Below are positions 20,303 through 30,202 of a DNA stretch of 64,000 bases, piece by piece. The stretch is taken from the NCBI GenBank assembly GCA_963818475.1, contig CAWFSF010000006.1:1088001-1152000 (forward strand), written 5' to 3'. The first letter of the stretch is position 1; the number at the start of each line of letters is the position of its first letter. A program made the position numbers and the translations under genes. The notes beneath the pieces are model-generated. The model saw nothing but the letters and a program-made list of their open reading frames with translations, searched no databases and was not told the origin of the DNA. The stretch comes from Nitrospirota bacterium. Its GTDB lineage: Bacteria; Nitrospirota; UBA9217.

Positions 20303-21099
20303 TGCATCTCTCTTCGGGAAAAAATGATGGCGGAAATCGTCAACATACCAGCGGTATAGATAACGAAATACCCCGCCGTCAGCACAAGCCCGGAGCCTGA
20401 AAGTCCGAGCCCGTAGACCGCATTTGCCGTAAGATCGAAAGCGCTGAAGTTCGGAAGAATATAGTAGAGGCCGGCTGTGAGCTTCTTTACAAGGGGGGAA
20501 TATGCCTGGGCCGAAGGGGACCGGAGGAAGTCATATACCTGCTGCGTGGCGCTGCCTGCAAAAAAAACGGCAACGGTCCCGAAAATCGGCAGAAAGAACG
20601 AGGTGCTGACCGTGGACAGGAGGAACGAAACAGCGACCAGGAGAATATACTTGAGTGCAATGAACAAGACCGAAAAAAAGACATTTGTCCAGACAACAGG
20701 GCGCAGCGGCGGATAGATCAGGGAAACGTACCGGACCACGATGCAACCGACCGCCCCCAGCAGCGCAGCGGTGAGAAACAGATAGACCGCGATCCCGAAA
20801 AATTTCCCCAACAGATATGACGTCCTCGTTAGGGGAAGTCCCAGGACGCTATAAGTGTAACGCCGTTCCATGTCCTTCCAGAGGGAGCTTCCCCCCAGAA
20901 AAATGGAAAGGAGCAGCATGATGACCGATATCAAAGAGAGCGTCAAGGTAAGCGAAAGCTCAACGACCTGGCGCATGGAGAGCGAACTGACCGACGGGAC
21001 CAGGAGAAAAAAAAGAGCGCTCATCATGATCCCCTGGAACACGCGGTCCCGGAATATTCCTTTGACTGTTATGACTGTTATGGAAAGAAGCTGCTGCAT
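20299..21099 (-). CDS. ABC-2 transporter permease (XapB-like)
   Basis: About 6 TM helices; LPLTRTSYLLGKFFG and YYILPNF motifs. Confidence 0.85.
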   Translation of the reverse strand: MQQLLSITVITVKGIFRDRVFQGIMMSALFFLLVPSVSSLSMRQVVELSLTLTLSLISVIMLLLSIFLGGSSLWKDMERRYTYSVLGLPLTRTSYLLGKFFGIAVYLFLTAALLGAVGCIVVRYVSLIYPPLRPVVWTNVFFSVLFIALKYILLVAVSFLLSTVSTSFFLPIFGTVAVFFAGSATQQVYDFLRSPSAQAYSPLVKKLTAGLYYILPNFSAFDLTANAVYGLGLSGSGLVLTAGYFVIYTAGMLTISAIIFSRREMQ

Positions 21100-21133
21100 C
21101 CGTATGGGCCCCCTGCCGGCTTCCAAAAATCTG

Positions 21134-21168
21134 AAAAAGAAAGGGTTGATTTTCATCAACCCTTTCTT
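21134..21168 (-). terminator. Intrinsic terminator after pilA-N/pilA-C
   Basis: Perfect 14-bp stem aagaaagggttgat/atcaaccctttctt with GAAA loop and U-run on the minus strand. Confidence 0.8.
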
Positions 21169-21198
21169 AAATTGAGCAAGTTGTACTTACGAAAATGA

Positions 21199-21558
21199 TT
21201 ACTGTGACCAGGTGCCCCCTGTCACTGTCGGCATTGTATTCTCGTCTGCACACTCTGCGATTGCGCTTATACCTGCTGACGACGCGTATGAAATGGTCGC
21301 CGACTCACTGGTTGAAGCAAATTCTTTACCAGCGTCTTTCGTGAGAGCGCTGTTATGGACTGATGCCACGCAATACGAAACTGTGGAAGACTTTACCGAA
21401 ACATAAACGCCCGTGGACGGCGCAAAAATAGCGCCGCCGATAATCGTTGTTACTGCAGCTGTTTCTCCAACTCTTCCATTGAAAATTGCAGCGTGTGCGG
21501 GAACCGCCATGGCAACGAAAGCGATAGCGATGACTATGGCTAATATGCTTTTTTTCAT
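21199..21558 (-). CDS. PilA-C-like pilin partner subunit (secreted)
   Basis: Signal peptide ending AHA; FxPSTxVxV, FxST and C-terminal WSQ resemble Geobacter PilA-C; directly downstream of the short pilin. Confidence 0.72.
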   Translation of the reverse strand: MKKSILAIVIAIAFVAMAVPAHAAIFNGRVGETAAVTTIIGGAIFAPSTGVYVSVKSSTVSYCVASVHNSALTKDAGKEFASTSESATISYASSAGISAIAECADENTMPTVTGGTWSQ

Positions 21559-21618
21559 AATATTTTTTCCCCTTATATAGAAATTTGAATTAGTTGATTC
21601 ATGCCGATTGCCCAGCCA

Positions 21619-21822
21619 TTACATCGCGGGGTATGTCTGCGAGTCGGCCTGCTGCGCTTCCATCTGCGTCCTGAGATTCCTCAGATCACTCTCTGCTGCC
21701 GCATTGTATGCCTTAATGCGGTATGCTGCGAACTGCGGGATGGCGATGGCTGCCAGGATGGCGATAATGGCCACCACGATAAGGAGCTCGATAAGGGTGA
21801 AGCCTTTCTGGTTCTTTTTCAT
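21619..21822 (-). CDS. pilA: Short type IVa pilin (Geobacter PilA-N type)
   Basis: KG|FTLIELLIVVAIIAILAAIAIPQFAAYRIKAYNAAAESDLRNL; 60-aa mature peptide; SD GGAGG. Confidence 0.95.
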   Translation of the reverse strand: MKKNQKGFTLIELLIVVAIIAILAAIAIPQFAAYRIKAYNAAAESDLRNLRTQMEAQQADSQTYPAM

Positions 21823-21944
21823 AATGTTCCTCCCATTAGATTGTTTAGATTTCCAGTATAACGTTTAGTCCTTAAGGCTTTTTAATGGGTTTCACCTCCT
21901 TCCAAAGGCCTCAAGATTTTCTGATCTCATATTATGCAGTATTA

Positions 21945-21960
21945 TGCAGATACTGTGCCA
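21945..21960 (-). promoter_or_regulatory. Sigma54 -24/-12 promoter of pilA
   Basis: Minus strand TGGCACAGTATCTGCA has GG and GC at exact -24/-12 spacing. Confidence 0.8.
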
Positions 21961-22019
21961 TTGTTTATCATTGTAATTTCAACTGGTTGTGCATAAGGAT
22001 TGCGGATAATTGACCTTGA

Positions 22020-22049
22020 TTGTCACACGTAGGTGACAAAAAATGGCAC
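22020..22049. promoter_or_regulatory. Putative enhancer (PilR-type activator) sites
   Basis: Perfect palindrome TTGTCAC-N6-GTGACAA overlapping GTGACAAAAAATGGCAC, 60-90 bp upstream of the sigma54 site. Confidence 0.5.
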
Positions 22050-22118
22050 ATTCAGGGGAAGTTGATGGGAGAAGAGGCATTAACCTGAAGTTCGTCAATG
22101 AATTGAACCATTTCCCTG

Positions 22119-22983
22119 TTATCCCGCGTAATAACTGTTCGCATGATAGGAGCTTCGTACGAGCGGGCCTGCAACGACATGTTTGAATCCTAAAGACATT
22201 GCTTCTTTGCGGAAAGATGCAAATTCGTCTGGAGTGTAATATTTTTCAACAGGCAGGTGGTCCTTGCCGGGCTGCAGGTATTGGCCCAGGGTCAGAATCT
22301 GGCAATCGACACCTCGTAGATCATGCATGACCGATCTCACCTCAACTGTGTCCTCCCCCAGACCGAGCATAAGTCCGGTTTTCGTTATGGCCCCGGATCG
22401 ACGGGCGCTCGACAGCAATTCAAGGGAGCGCTCGTAAAGCGCCTGGGGCCTGACTCGCGAATACAGGGAGGGTACGGTCTCCAGATTATGATTCAGCACA
22501 TCCGGCGATGCGTTCAGAACAGTTTTGAGCGATTCAGCAGATCCGCGGAAATCCGGTATGAGAACCTCCACGCGGCAGTCAGGAGACGTCTTGCGTATCG
22601 CTTTGATGGTTGCTAGCAAAGAATTCAGCTCCGCCATCAGCCAGGTCGTCCCTGGTGACCGATGTTATCACCGCATATTTCAGGTTGAGTTCGGCTACTG
22701 CCTTCGCCACCCGCTCCGGTTCATCCCAGTCGATCCCATGAGGTATGCCTTTCGGCACATTGCAGAACCGGCAGCCCCGGGTGCAGACGTTGCCCATGAT
22801 CATGAAGGTCGCGGTTCCGGCATTCCAGCACTCGCTCTGATTCGGGCAGGCAGCGCTTCTGCAGACCGTATGCAGTTTGTTGGAATGGACCTGCTTCTGG
22901 ACGTTCTTGAAGCCGTCGCCTGTGGTGAGCCTGATCTTAAACCAGGAAGGCAGCCTTTTCCTTTTCTGCTCAGCCGGTATCAT
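22119..22983 (-). CDS. lipA: Lipoyl synthase (indel near 22610)
   Basis: CxxxxCxxxxxC, CTRGCRFC, SVTRDDL, NHNLETV and VRSSYHA spread over two frames. Confidence 0.92.
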
Positions 22984-25365
22984 TTATCCTTTTTTGGCGT
23001 CAAGCGCCGCTTCAACGACCTGGTCAATGGTGTCGGCGAAGATGAAGTGCATCTCCTTCCGGAGCTCTTCAGGCACATCGTCAAGGTCATTCTTGTTCTT
23101 TTCCGGAAGGATGACGGTCTTGATCCCTGCCCTTCTTGCCGCGAGCACTTTTTCCTTTACCCCGCCGATCGGCATCACCTTGCCCCGCAGCGTTATTTCT
23201 CCGGTCATGGCCACGTCGTGCTTTGCCACTCTGCCGGTGAGCATGGACACGATCGCTGTGGTCATGGTGACGCCGGCCGACGGCCCGTCTTTTGGTATGG
23301 CGCCCGCAGGCACATGGATGTGGATATCCGACTTTTCAAAGAAATCGCGGTTTATCCCGAATGCTTCCGTCTGGGAGCGGACATAGGAAAGCGCGGCTTG
23401 CGCTGATTCCTTCATTACGTCACCGAGCTGGCCCGTGAGCGTCAGCTGCTTATTCCCCGGCATCATCGTTGCTTCGATAAAAAGGATGTCCCCTCCCGTC
23501 GGGGTCCATGCCAGGCCCGTAACCACACCAGGCCGGTCGATCATGACGGCAGTTTCAGCAAAGAATTTCGGATTACCGAGGTAATCGTGGAGACTTTGCA
23601 CCGTGACCGTGATCGGCGTGGGTTTGCCTTCAGCCACAGCTTTGGCGACCTTGCGACAGACGTTCGCGATCTCCCGCTCCACATTCCGGACTCCGGCCTC
23701 GCGGGTGTAGTCCTTGATAATGCTCCTGAGCGCTTCTTCTTCGATTACGATCTCTTCTGCATTAAGAGCATTTGCCTTGATCTCTTTTGGAATGAGATAT
23801 TTTTTTGCAATGTTCAGTTTTTCGTGCTCGGTATACCCGGGCAGGCGAAGCATTTCCATGCGGTCAAGGAGCGGCGCCGGGATCGTATCGAGCTGGTTCG
23901 CCGTGGTGATGAACATGACCTGGGAGAGATCAAAGGGCACATCCAGATAATTGTCCCTGAAATCCTTGTTCTGCTCCGGATCGAGCACTTCGAGCAGCGC
24001 TGACGAAGGATCGCCGCGCCAGTCCGCTCCGACCTTGTCCACTTCGTCGAGCATGATAACCGGGTCTTTGGTCTCCACACGCTTGATCGCCTGAATGATC
24101 CGGCCGGGCATGGCGCCGATATACGTGCGCCGGTGTCCGCGGATCTCGGCTTCATCGTGGAGGCCTCCCAGGGACATGCGCATGAACTTCCGGTCCAAAG
24201 CCCGCGCGATGGACTGGCCCAGAGAGGTTTTGCCGACGCCCGGAGGGCCGACGAAACAGAGGATGGGCTCCCGCATCTTGGTGCCCGCCTGCGTTCCCCG
24301 GTCCTGCCCCAGTTTTTTGACCGCAAGGTATTCCAGAATCCGGTCCTTTACCTTTTCCAGATCGTAATGGTCCTCATCGAGCGTGGCCCGTGCTTTCAAA
24401 ATATCGATGGGCGACGATGAGGTTTTGCTCCAGGGAAGGCCGGTCATCCATTCAAGATAGGTGCGAATGACCGAATATTCGGGCGAAGACGCGTTGAGCT
24501 TTTCCATGCGCGCAAGCTCCCGCTTCGATTCTTTTTCCGCTTCAGGCGTCATCTTCGCTTCTTCGATCTTTTCACGGAGGCTTTTTATCTCCGAGCCCTC
24601 GTCGCTCTCTTCACCCAGTTCCTTGCGAATGGCCGAGAGCTGCTGCCTCAGCAGGTACTCGCGTTCAGCTTTCTGCATCTGATCGCGGGCCTTTCCCTGG
24701 ATCTTTTTGCCGAGTTCGAGCACTTCGACCTCGCGGTTCAGATGCTGCATCAGTTTCGTAAGTTTGTCATGGACCGGGTCGGTTTCGAGGAGTTCCTGCC
24801 GCTGCGCCAGGTCCAGCCTGATGTTCGTTGCGATCAGGTATGCAAGCTGTCGGGGATTGTCGATGTTGACGGCAGCGGCGGAAAGTTCTTCCGGCATGTT
24901 CGGCGTAAGCGAAACAAGCTTCTGGAAGGTCTCGGAAAGACCGCGCATGAGCGCTTCGGTCTCTACGGTGTTGTCGATAACGTCCGGCAGCGCCCTGGCC
25001 CGTGCTCTGAGATAGGGTTCATTCTGCGTGAGGTTGAGAATGCTGATGCGTTCGATACCCTGCACGAGAACCCGGAGCGTACCATCAGGGATCTTGATCA
25101 TTTGCAGAATGCGGGCCATCGTTCCTGTCGCATAGACATCATCAAGGTTTGCAACCTCGATATCGGCCCTCTTCTGGGACGTAAGGCCGAGGATCTTGTC
25201 TCCTATCGTCACTTCATTGATAAGCTTGATCGATTTTTCCTTGCCGATCACGAGCGGGTAAACGGTAAGAGGATAGACTACCGTGTCCTTCAGGGGAAGG
25301 AGCGGAAGTTCTTCGGGTACGGTTGGCATGGTGTTGATATCGGTTTCAGGCTCTGTGGTGTCCAT
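22984..25365 (-). CDS. lon: Lon protease
   Basis: GPPGVGKTS, RRTYIGAMPG, PKDGPSAG and IGGVKEK motifs; likely start MDTTEPE. Confidence 0.97.
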   Translation of the reverse strand: MDTTEPETDINTMPTVPEELPLLPLKDTVVYPLTVYPLVIGKEKSIKLINEVTIGDKILGLTSQKRADIEVANLDDVYATGTMARILQMIKIPDGTLRVLVQGIERISILNLTQNEPYLRARARALPDVIDNTVETEALMRGLSETFQKLVSLTPNMPEELSAAAVNIDNPRQLAYLIATNIRLDLAQRQELLETDPVHDKLTKLMQHLNREVEVLELGKKIQGKARDQMQKAEREYLLRQQLSAIRKELGEESDEGSEIKSLREKIEEAKMTPEAEKESKRELARMEKLNASSPEYSVIRTYLEWMTGLPWSKTSSSPIDILKARATLDEDHYDLEKVKDRILEYLAVKKLGQDRGTQAGTKMREPILCFVGPPGVGKTSLGQSIARALDRKFMRMSLGGLHDEAEIRGHRRTYIGAMPGRIIQAIKRVETKDPVIMLDEVDKVGADWRGDPSSALLEVLDPEQNKDFRDNYLDVPFDLSQVMFITTANQLDTIPAPLLDRMEMLRLPGYTEHEKLNIAKKYLIPKEIKANALNAEEIVIEEEALRSIIKDYTREAGVRNVEREIANVCRKVAKAVAEGKPTPITVTVQSLHDYLGNPKFFAETAVMIDRPGVVTGLAWTPTGGDILFIEATMMPGNKQLTLTGQLGDVMKESAQAALSYVRSQTEAFGINRDFFEKSDIHIHVPAGAIPKDGPSAGVTMTTAIVSMLTGRVAKHDVAMTGEITLRGKVMPIGGVKEKVLAARRAGIKTVILPEKNKNDLDDVPEELRKEMHFIFADTIDQVVEAALDAKKG

Positions 25366-25438
25366 GGCATCGCTCCTGGTCGGTTTAGTGAGAAGTTTTT
25401 CGAAAATATCTCTGATCTTCAAAATAGTTCCCCGGTTT

Positions 25439-25840
25439 TTACAGCAGTTTTTTGAGCCTGATCTCCAGAAGACCGTTATGATACTCTGCGGTGACGCTTT
25501 CGTGGTCCACCGGGGACACCAGGCCGACTTCTGATCTGAAACTGCCGTACTTGATCCCCAACTGGTGGCAGGAATGGGTGTCAATGAATGCGGGCTGGTC
25601 CCGCTTGCCCTCAACGACCAGAAGATCGCTGAAAAGCGTGATGGTCATGTCCTCCTCCCTGATGCCGGCAAGTTCCATGACGACAACCAGGTCGAATGCG
25701 GTTTCGTATACATCGGTTGGCGGTCGCCAGATAATCGCTGATGGCGCAGGCCAGGACCCAAAGGATTCCCAAACAACGCTATAGGCATCGAATGGCTGGG
25801 ATTTTCTTGCATATTTATACGCGATATAGCGATAGCGCAA
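25439..25840 (-). CDS. Hsp20/alpha-crystallin family protein
   Basis: WRPPTDVYET, ELAG and AEYHNGLLEIRL motifs; SD GGAGGTG. Confidence 0.9.
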   Translation of the reverse strand: MRYRYIAYKYARKSQPFDAYSVVWESFGSWPAPSAIIWRPPTDVYETAFDLVVVMELAGIREEDMTITLFSDLLVVEGKRDQPAFIDTHSCHQLGIKYGSFRSEVGLVSPVDHESVTAEYHNGLLEIRLKKLL

Positions 25841-26259
25841 TCAATGCACCTCCTTTTTATCGCCAGAATACTTCTTTTTTTCAGTATAACGCGTTTTCTA
25901 CTAATTTAAAACTTCAAAATAGTATCAAAATCGGATGCCTCTGTCAAAGAATCCAGAAAAAAGATGCTTGACAAGAACAAACCGTGCAAGGTCCAAACAT
26001 GATAAAACAATAAAATGAGAAAAAAAGTAGCGTAATATGCAGCATGATGTGTTTTTTTTGATATACTCAATTTCAAGAGAGTGAGCAGCATGTCAGAACG
26101 AAATATCCTGACAGCTTCAGCACAAGTATCAGCGTTGATCGATAGTAATACCCTGATATGTTTAGCGTTTCTCCTGCAGGCTTCGACCGGCTAGTTAATC
26201 AACGATGAATTAAGAAGCGTACATAAAGTACATAATTTCTTCACAAGGAGGGGGAATCT

Positions 26260-29200
26260 ATGGCTGTATCGCGACGGGATTTTATGAAGATCTCCGGAAG
26301 CACTGTTTTGCTCGGGTCTCTTGGCATAAGCCTCGAACCTGCAAAGGCCTATGCTCAAGGGCTGAGGATCAAGGACGCCAAAGAAACGTACACGGTCTGC
26401 CCCTACTGCTCGGTCGGATGCGGGATCATCGTCCATACCAAGGATGGAAAGGTCGTCAACACCGAGGGAGACCCGGATCATCCGATCAACGAGGGCACGC
26501 TCTGCTCCAAGGGCGCATCGCTTTACCAGATCATCAACAACGAGAAGCGCGTGCTCAAGCCCCGGTACCGTGCTGCCGGCGCGACCGAGTGGAAAGAGGT
26601 GGAGTGGGACTGGACGCTCGACAAGATCGCCCGGAACGATCAAGGACACCCGGGACCGCACCTTCAAGGCCACCTCGAAGATCACAAGGTGAAGGAAAAA
26701 CTTCCTGACGGGACCGAGCGCGAAACGGAGAAGGAGCTCACCGTCAACCGGACCGACGGAATCGCCCACGTGGGGAGCGCGGCCCTGGACAACGAGGAAT
26801 GCTACATGCTCCAGAAGATGCTCCGGTCATGGGGCGTCGCGGCCATCGAACATCAGGCCCGCATTTGACACTCGCCCACTGTAGCGGCTCTGGCAGAGTC
26901 GTTCGGACGCGGCGCAATGACGAATCACTGGATCGATATCCGTAATGCAGATGTAGTCCTTGTCATGGGGTCGAACCCCGCAGAGAACCACCCCATTTCC
27001 ATGAAATGGATCATGAAGGCCAGGGAGGAACGGGGCGCAAAGCTCGTGGTCGTGGATCCGCGCTTCACCCGGACGGCGGCCAAGGCCGATGTGTACGCGC
27101 CCATGCGCTCGGGCACGGACATCCCCTTCCTCGGCGGGCATGATCAAGTACATCATCGACAATAACCTCTACTTCAGGGAGTACGTGGTAAACTACACCA
27201 ACGCTTCGTTCCTGGTGAACCCCGATTTCAAGGGACCGGGAGAGCTGGACGGCCTGTTCTCGGGTTACAACGACAAGGCCAGGAAGTACGACAAGAAGAC
27301 CTGGTCGTACCAGGTCGGTGAGGACGGGATTCCGAAGAAGGATCGCGAGCCTCCAGAATCCGAACTGCGTATTACAGCGCATGAAAAAGCATTACTCCCG
27401 TTACACCCTTGATAAAGTCTCCAGCATCACCGGCACGCCCAAGGAGAAGCTCGAGGAGGTTTATAAGGTCTATGCCTCCACGGGGAAGCGCGATCGGGTG
27501 GGGACCGAGCTCTATGCCATGGGCTGGACCCAGCATACCATCGGCACCCAGAACATCCGGGCCATGGCCATTGTCCAGCTCCTTTTGGGGAACATGGGCA
27601 TGGCCGGCGGCGGCATCAATGCCCTCCGGGGCGAGAGCAACGTCCAGGGAAGCACTGACCAAGGACTCCTGTTCAATGTGCTCCCGGCATATAATGCCGT
27701 GCCCACGGCAACGGTCACGGACCTGAACGCCTATATCGAGAAGTTCACGCCCAAGACCAAGGACCCCAAGAGCGTCAACTGGCTCGGGAACCGTAACAAG
27801 TACATTGTGAGTTATTTGAAGGCCGTCTACGGTCCCAGCGCCACGAAGGAGAACGACTTCGGATACGCCTGGATCCCGAAACTTGACGAGGGCATGAACC
27901 TCTCGTGGCTCAACCTCTTCGACAACATGCTGAATGGGAAGTACGAGGGGTTCTTCGCCTGGGGCCAGAACCCGGCCTGCTCCGGCTCGAACGCGGGCAA
28001 GGTGCGGAAGGCCCTGGCCAAGCTCAAGTGGATGGTGAACGTCAACCTCTTCGACAATGAGACCGGCTCCTTCTGGCGCGGCCCGGGCCTGACTCCCAAG
28101 GACGTCCAGACCGAGGTATTCTTCCTTCCCTGCGCCTCGTCCGTGGAAAAGGAGGGAAGCATCACCAACTCCGGCCGCTGGGCCCAGTGGCGCTTCAAGG
28201 CCATCGAGCCCATGGGGCAGTCCATGCCGGACTCGGAGATCATGAATGAGCTCTTCTTCCGGGTGAAGGAGCTCTACAAGAAGGAAGGCGGCAAGTATCC
28301 CGGCACCCATCGTAAACCTGACCTGGGACTACGGCGAGAAGAACGCCTCGGGCAAAGTCACGAAGGTGGACATCAACAACGTGGCCAAGGAGATCAACGG
28401 GTATTACCTTGCCGACGTCTATGACAAGAAGGCCACGCCGCCCAAACTCCTGGGCAAGAAAGGCGAGCTCTGTGCTACCTTCGCCCACCTCCAGGCTGAC
28501 GGCACCACCTCCTGCGGGAACTGGATCTACAGCCAGAGCTACACTCAGAAGGAAGGCAAGGTCATCAACATGATGGCGCGGCGGGGCAAGAACGATCCCA
28601 CGGGCCTCGGCATGTATCCAGAGTGGACCTGGGCCTGGCCGGTGAACCGCAGGATCATCTACAACCGGGCCGCCGTGGACCTCGAGGGCAGACCCTGGGA
28701 CCCGAAACGTGCCGTCCTCAAGTGGGACCCGAACAAGGAAGATCCCGCGACCAAGAAGCCTGGGGCTTGGGTGGGCGACGTGCCCGATGGACCAGCGCCG
28801 CCCATGGCAAAGGAAACAGGCAAGTACCCATTCATCATGATGTCCGAGGGCAAGGGCGCACTCTTCGGCCCAGGACTGGCCGAAGGCCCCTTCCCGGAAC
28901 ATTACGAAGCGCTCGAGTGTCCGCTGGAAGAGAACCTCATGTCCAAGCAGCGGATCAACCCGACGGTCAAGCTTTTCGGCGGGAAAGATGACGCCTACTT
29001 CTCCTGCGACGTGCGCTATCCCTTTGTGGCGACCACGTACCGGGTGTCGGAGCACTGGCAGACGGGTGTCATGACCAGGCACCAGCCCTGGCAGCTCGAG
29101 ATGCAGCCCCAGGTGTTCGTGGAGATGAGCGAGGAACTGGCAAAGGAAAAGGGCATCAGGAACGGCGACAAGGCGATCGTCACCTCGGCTCGCGGCGAGC

Positions 29201-29415
29201 TCTGGGCCGTGGCCATGGTGACCAACCGGTTCAAGCCCTTCAAGATCGCGGGCTCCACCGTCCACCAGGTGGGCCTGCCCTGGCACTTCGGATGGCAATT
29301 CCCCGAGGACGGCAGCGGCGGCGAGAGCGCGAATCTGCTGACGCCGACTGTCGGCGATGCAAATACCATGATCCCCGAGACGAAGGCCTTCATGGTCAAC
29401 GTCCGGAAGGCATAG
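26260..29415 (+). CDS. fdnG: Selenocysteine-containing formate dehydrogenase alpha subunit, Tat-exported (several indels)
   Basis: SRRDFMK Tat motif; CPYCSVGC; EHQARI-TGA-HSPTVAALAESFGRGAMTNHW; ALRGESNVQG; indels near 26637/26686, 27137, 27345 and 28305. Confidence 0.95.
26866..26902 (+). promoter_or_regulatory. Sec UGA codon and bacterial SECIS hairpin
   Basis: In-frame TGA at 26866-26868 at the Mo/W ligand position; hairpin gcggctc-tggca-gagtcgt at 26884-26902. Confidence 0.85.
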
Positions 29416-29425
29416 GGGGTGAACC

Positions 29426-30201
29426 ATGTCGACAACACCGAATAAGAACAATCGGAAAGCGATTCTGGTCACGCCCGAGGTCTGCATCGGATGCCGCGGC
29501 TGCCAGACGGCGTGCAAGTCCTGGAACCAGCTCCGGGGCATTTCGACGAAGAACCGCGGCAGCGTCCAGAACCCGCCGGACCTCGCGCCCCATACCTACA
29601 ACATCATCCGGTACAGCGAGCTGCCGTCGGAGGCTAATCCCATGCGCTGGCTCTTCATCAGCAGGCGGTGCATGCACTGCGACGACGCGGGCTGCATGAA
29701 GATCTGCCCCGCGCCCGGCGCGCTCTACAAGACGAAGGAAGGCGCAGTAGCCTTCGACCGGGACAAGTGCATCGGGTGCAGGCTCTGCGTTGCGGGCTGT
29801 CCCTTCGACGTGCCGCGGTACGACCAGGACAACAAGGTCCAGAAGTGCCATCTCTGCTTCGACCGGATCGCTGAAGGCCTGTCGCCGGCCTGCACCAAGA
29901 TCTGCCCCACGGGTGCGCTCAAGTTCGGCGGACCGGGACGAACTCATTGCAGTCGGCTAAAAAGGCCGGCTACGCCAAGATTTACGGCGAGGCGGACCTG
30001 GGCGGCCTCGGGTCGATCTTCGCGTTCAGGGAAGCGCCGAAGATCTACGGCTACGCCGACAAACCGAACATCCCGGAAAGCGTCATCTTCTGGCATAACG
30101 TGCTCAAACCGCTTGCGGTCATCGGCCTCGGCGGAGTTGTAGCCGGCGCTTTGATCCATTATGCCGTGATCGGACCGCATAAAGATGAGGAGGTGAAATA
30201 A
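29426..30201 (+). CDS. fdnH: Formate dehydrogenase Fe-S beta subunit (indel near 29935)
   Basis: Four Cys clusters (CIGCRGCQTAC, CMHC, CIGCRLC, CHLC); C-terminal TM helix in the 29947..30201 frame. Confidence 0.92.
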
Positions 30202-30202
30202 C

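Noticed and set aside
21823-21870. Long PilA isoform from an upstream start, as in G. sulfurreducens
   Set aside because: An in-frame TAA lies 15 codons upstream with no ATG/GTG/TTG in between.
22984-25614. 876-aa Lon with a long N-terminal extension
   Set aside because: The extension overlaps hsp20 out of frame; an SD-preceded ATG at 25365 gives a normal Lon.
26866-26868. Nonsense mutation making fdnG a pseudogene
   Set aside because: The position, continued reading frame and downstream hairpin indicate selenocysteine.
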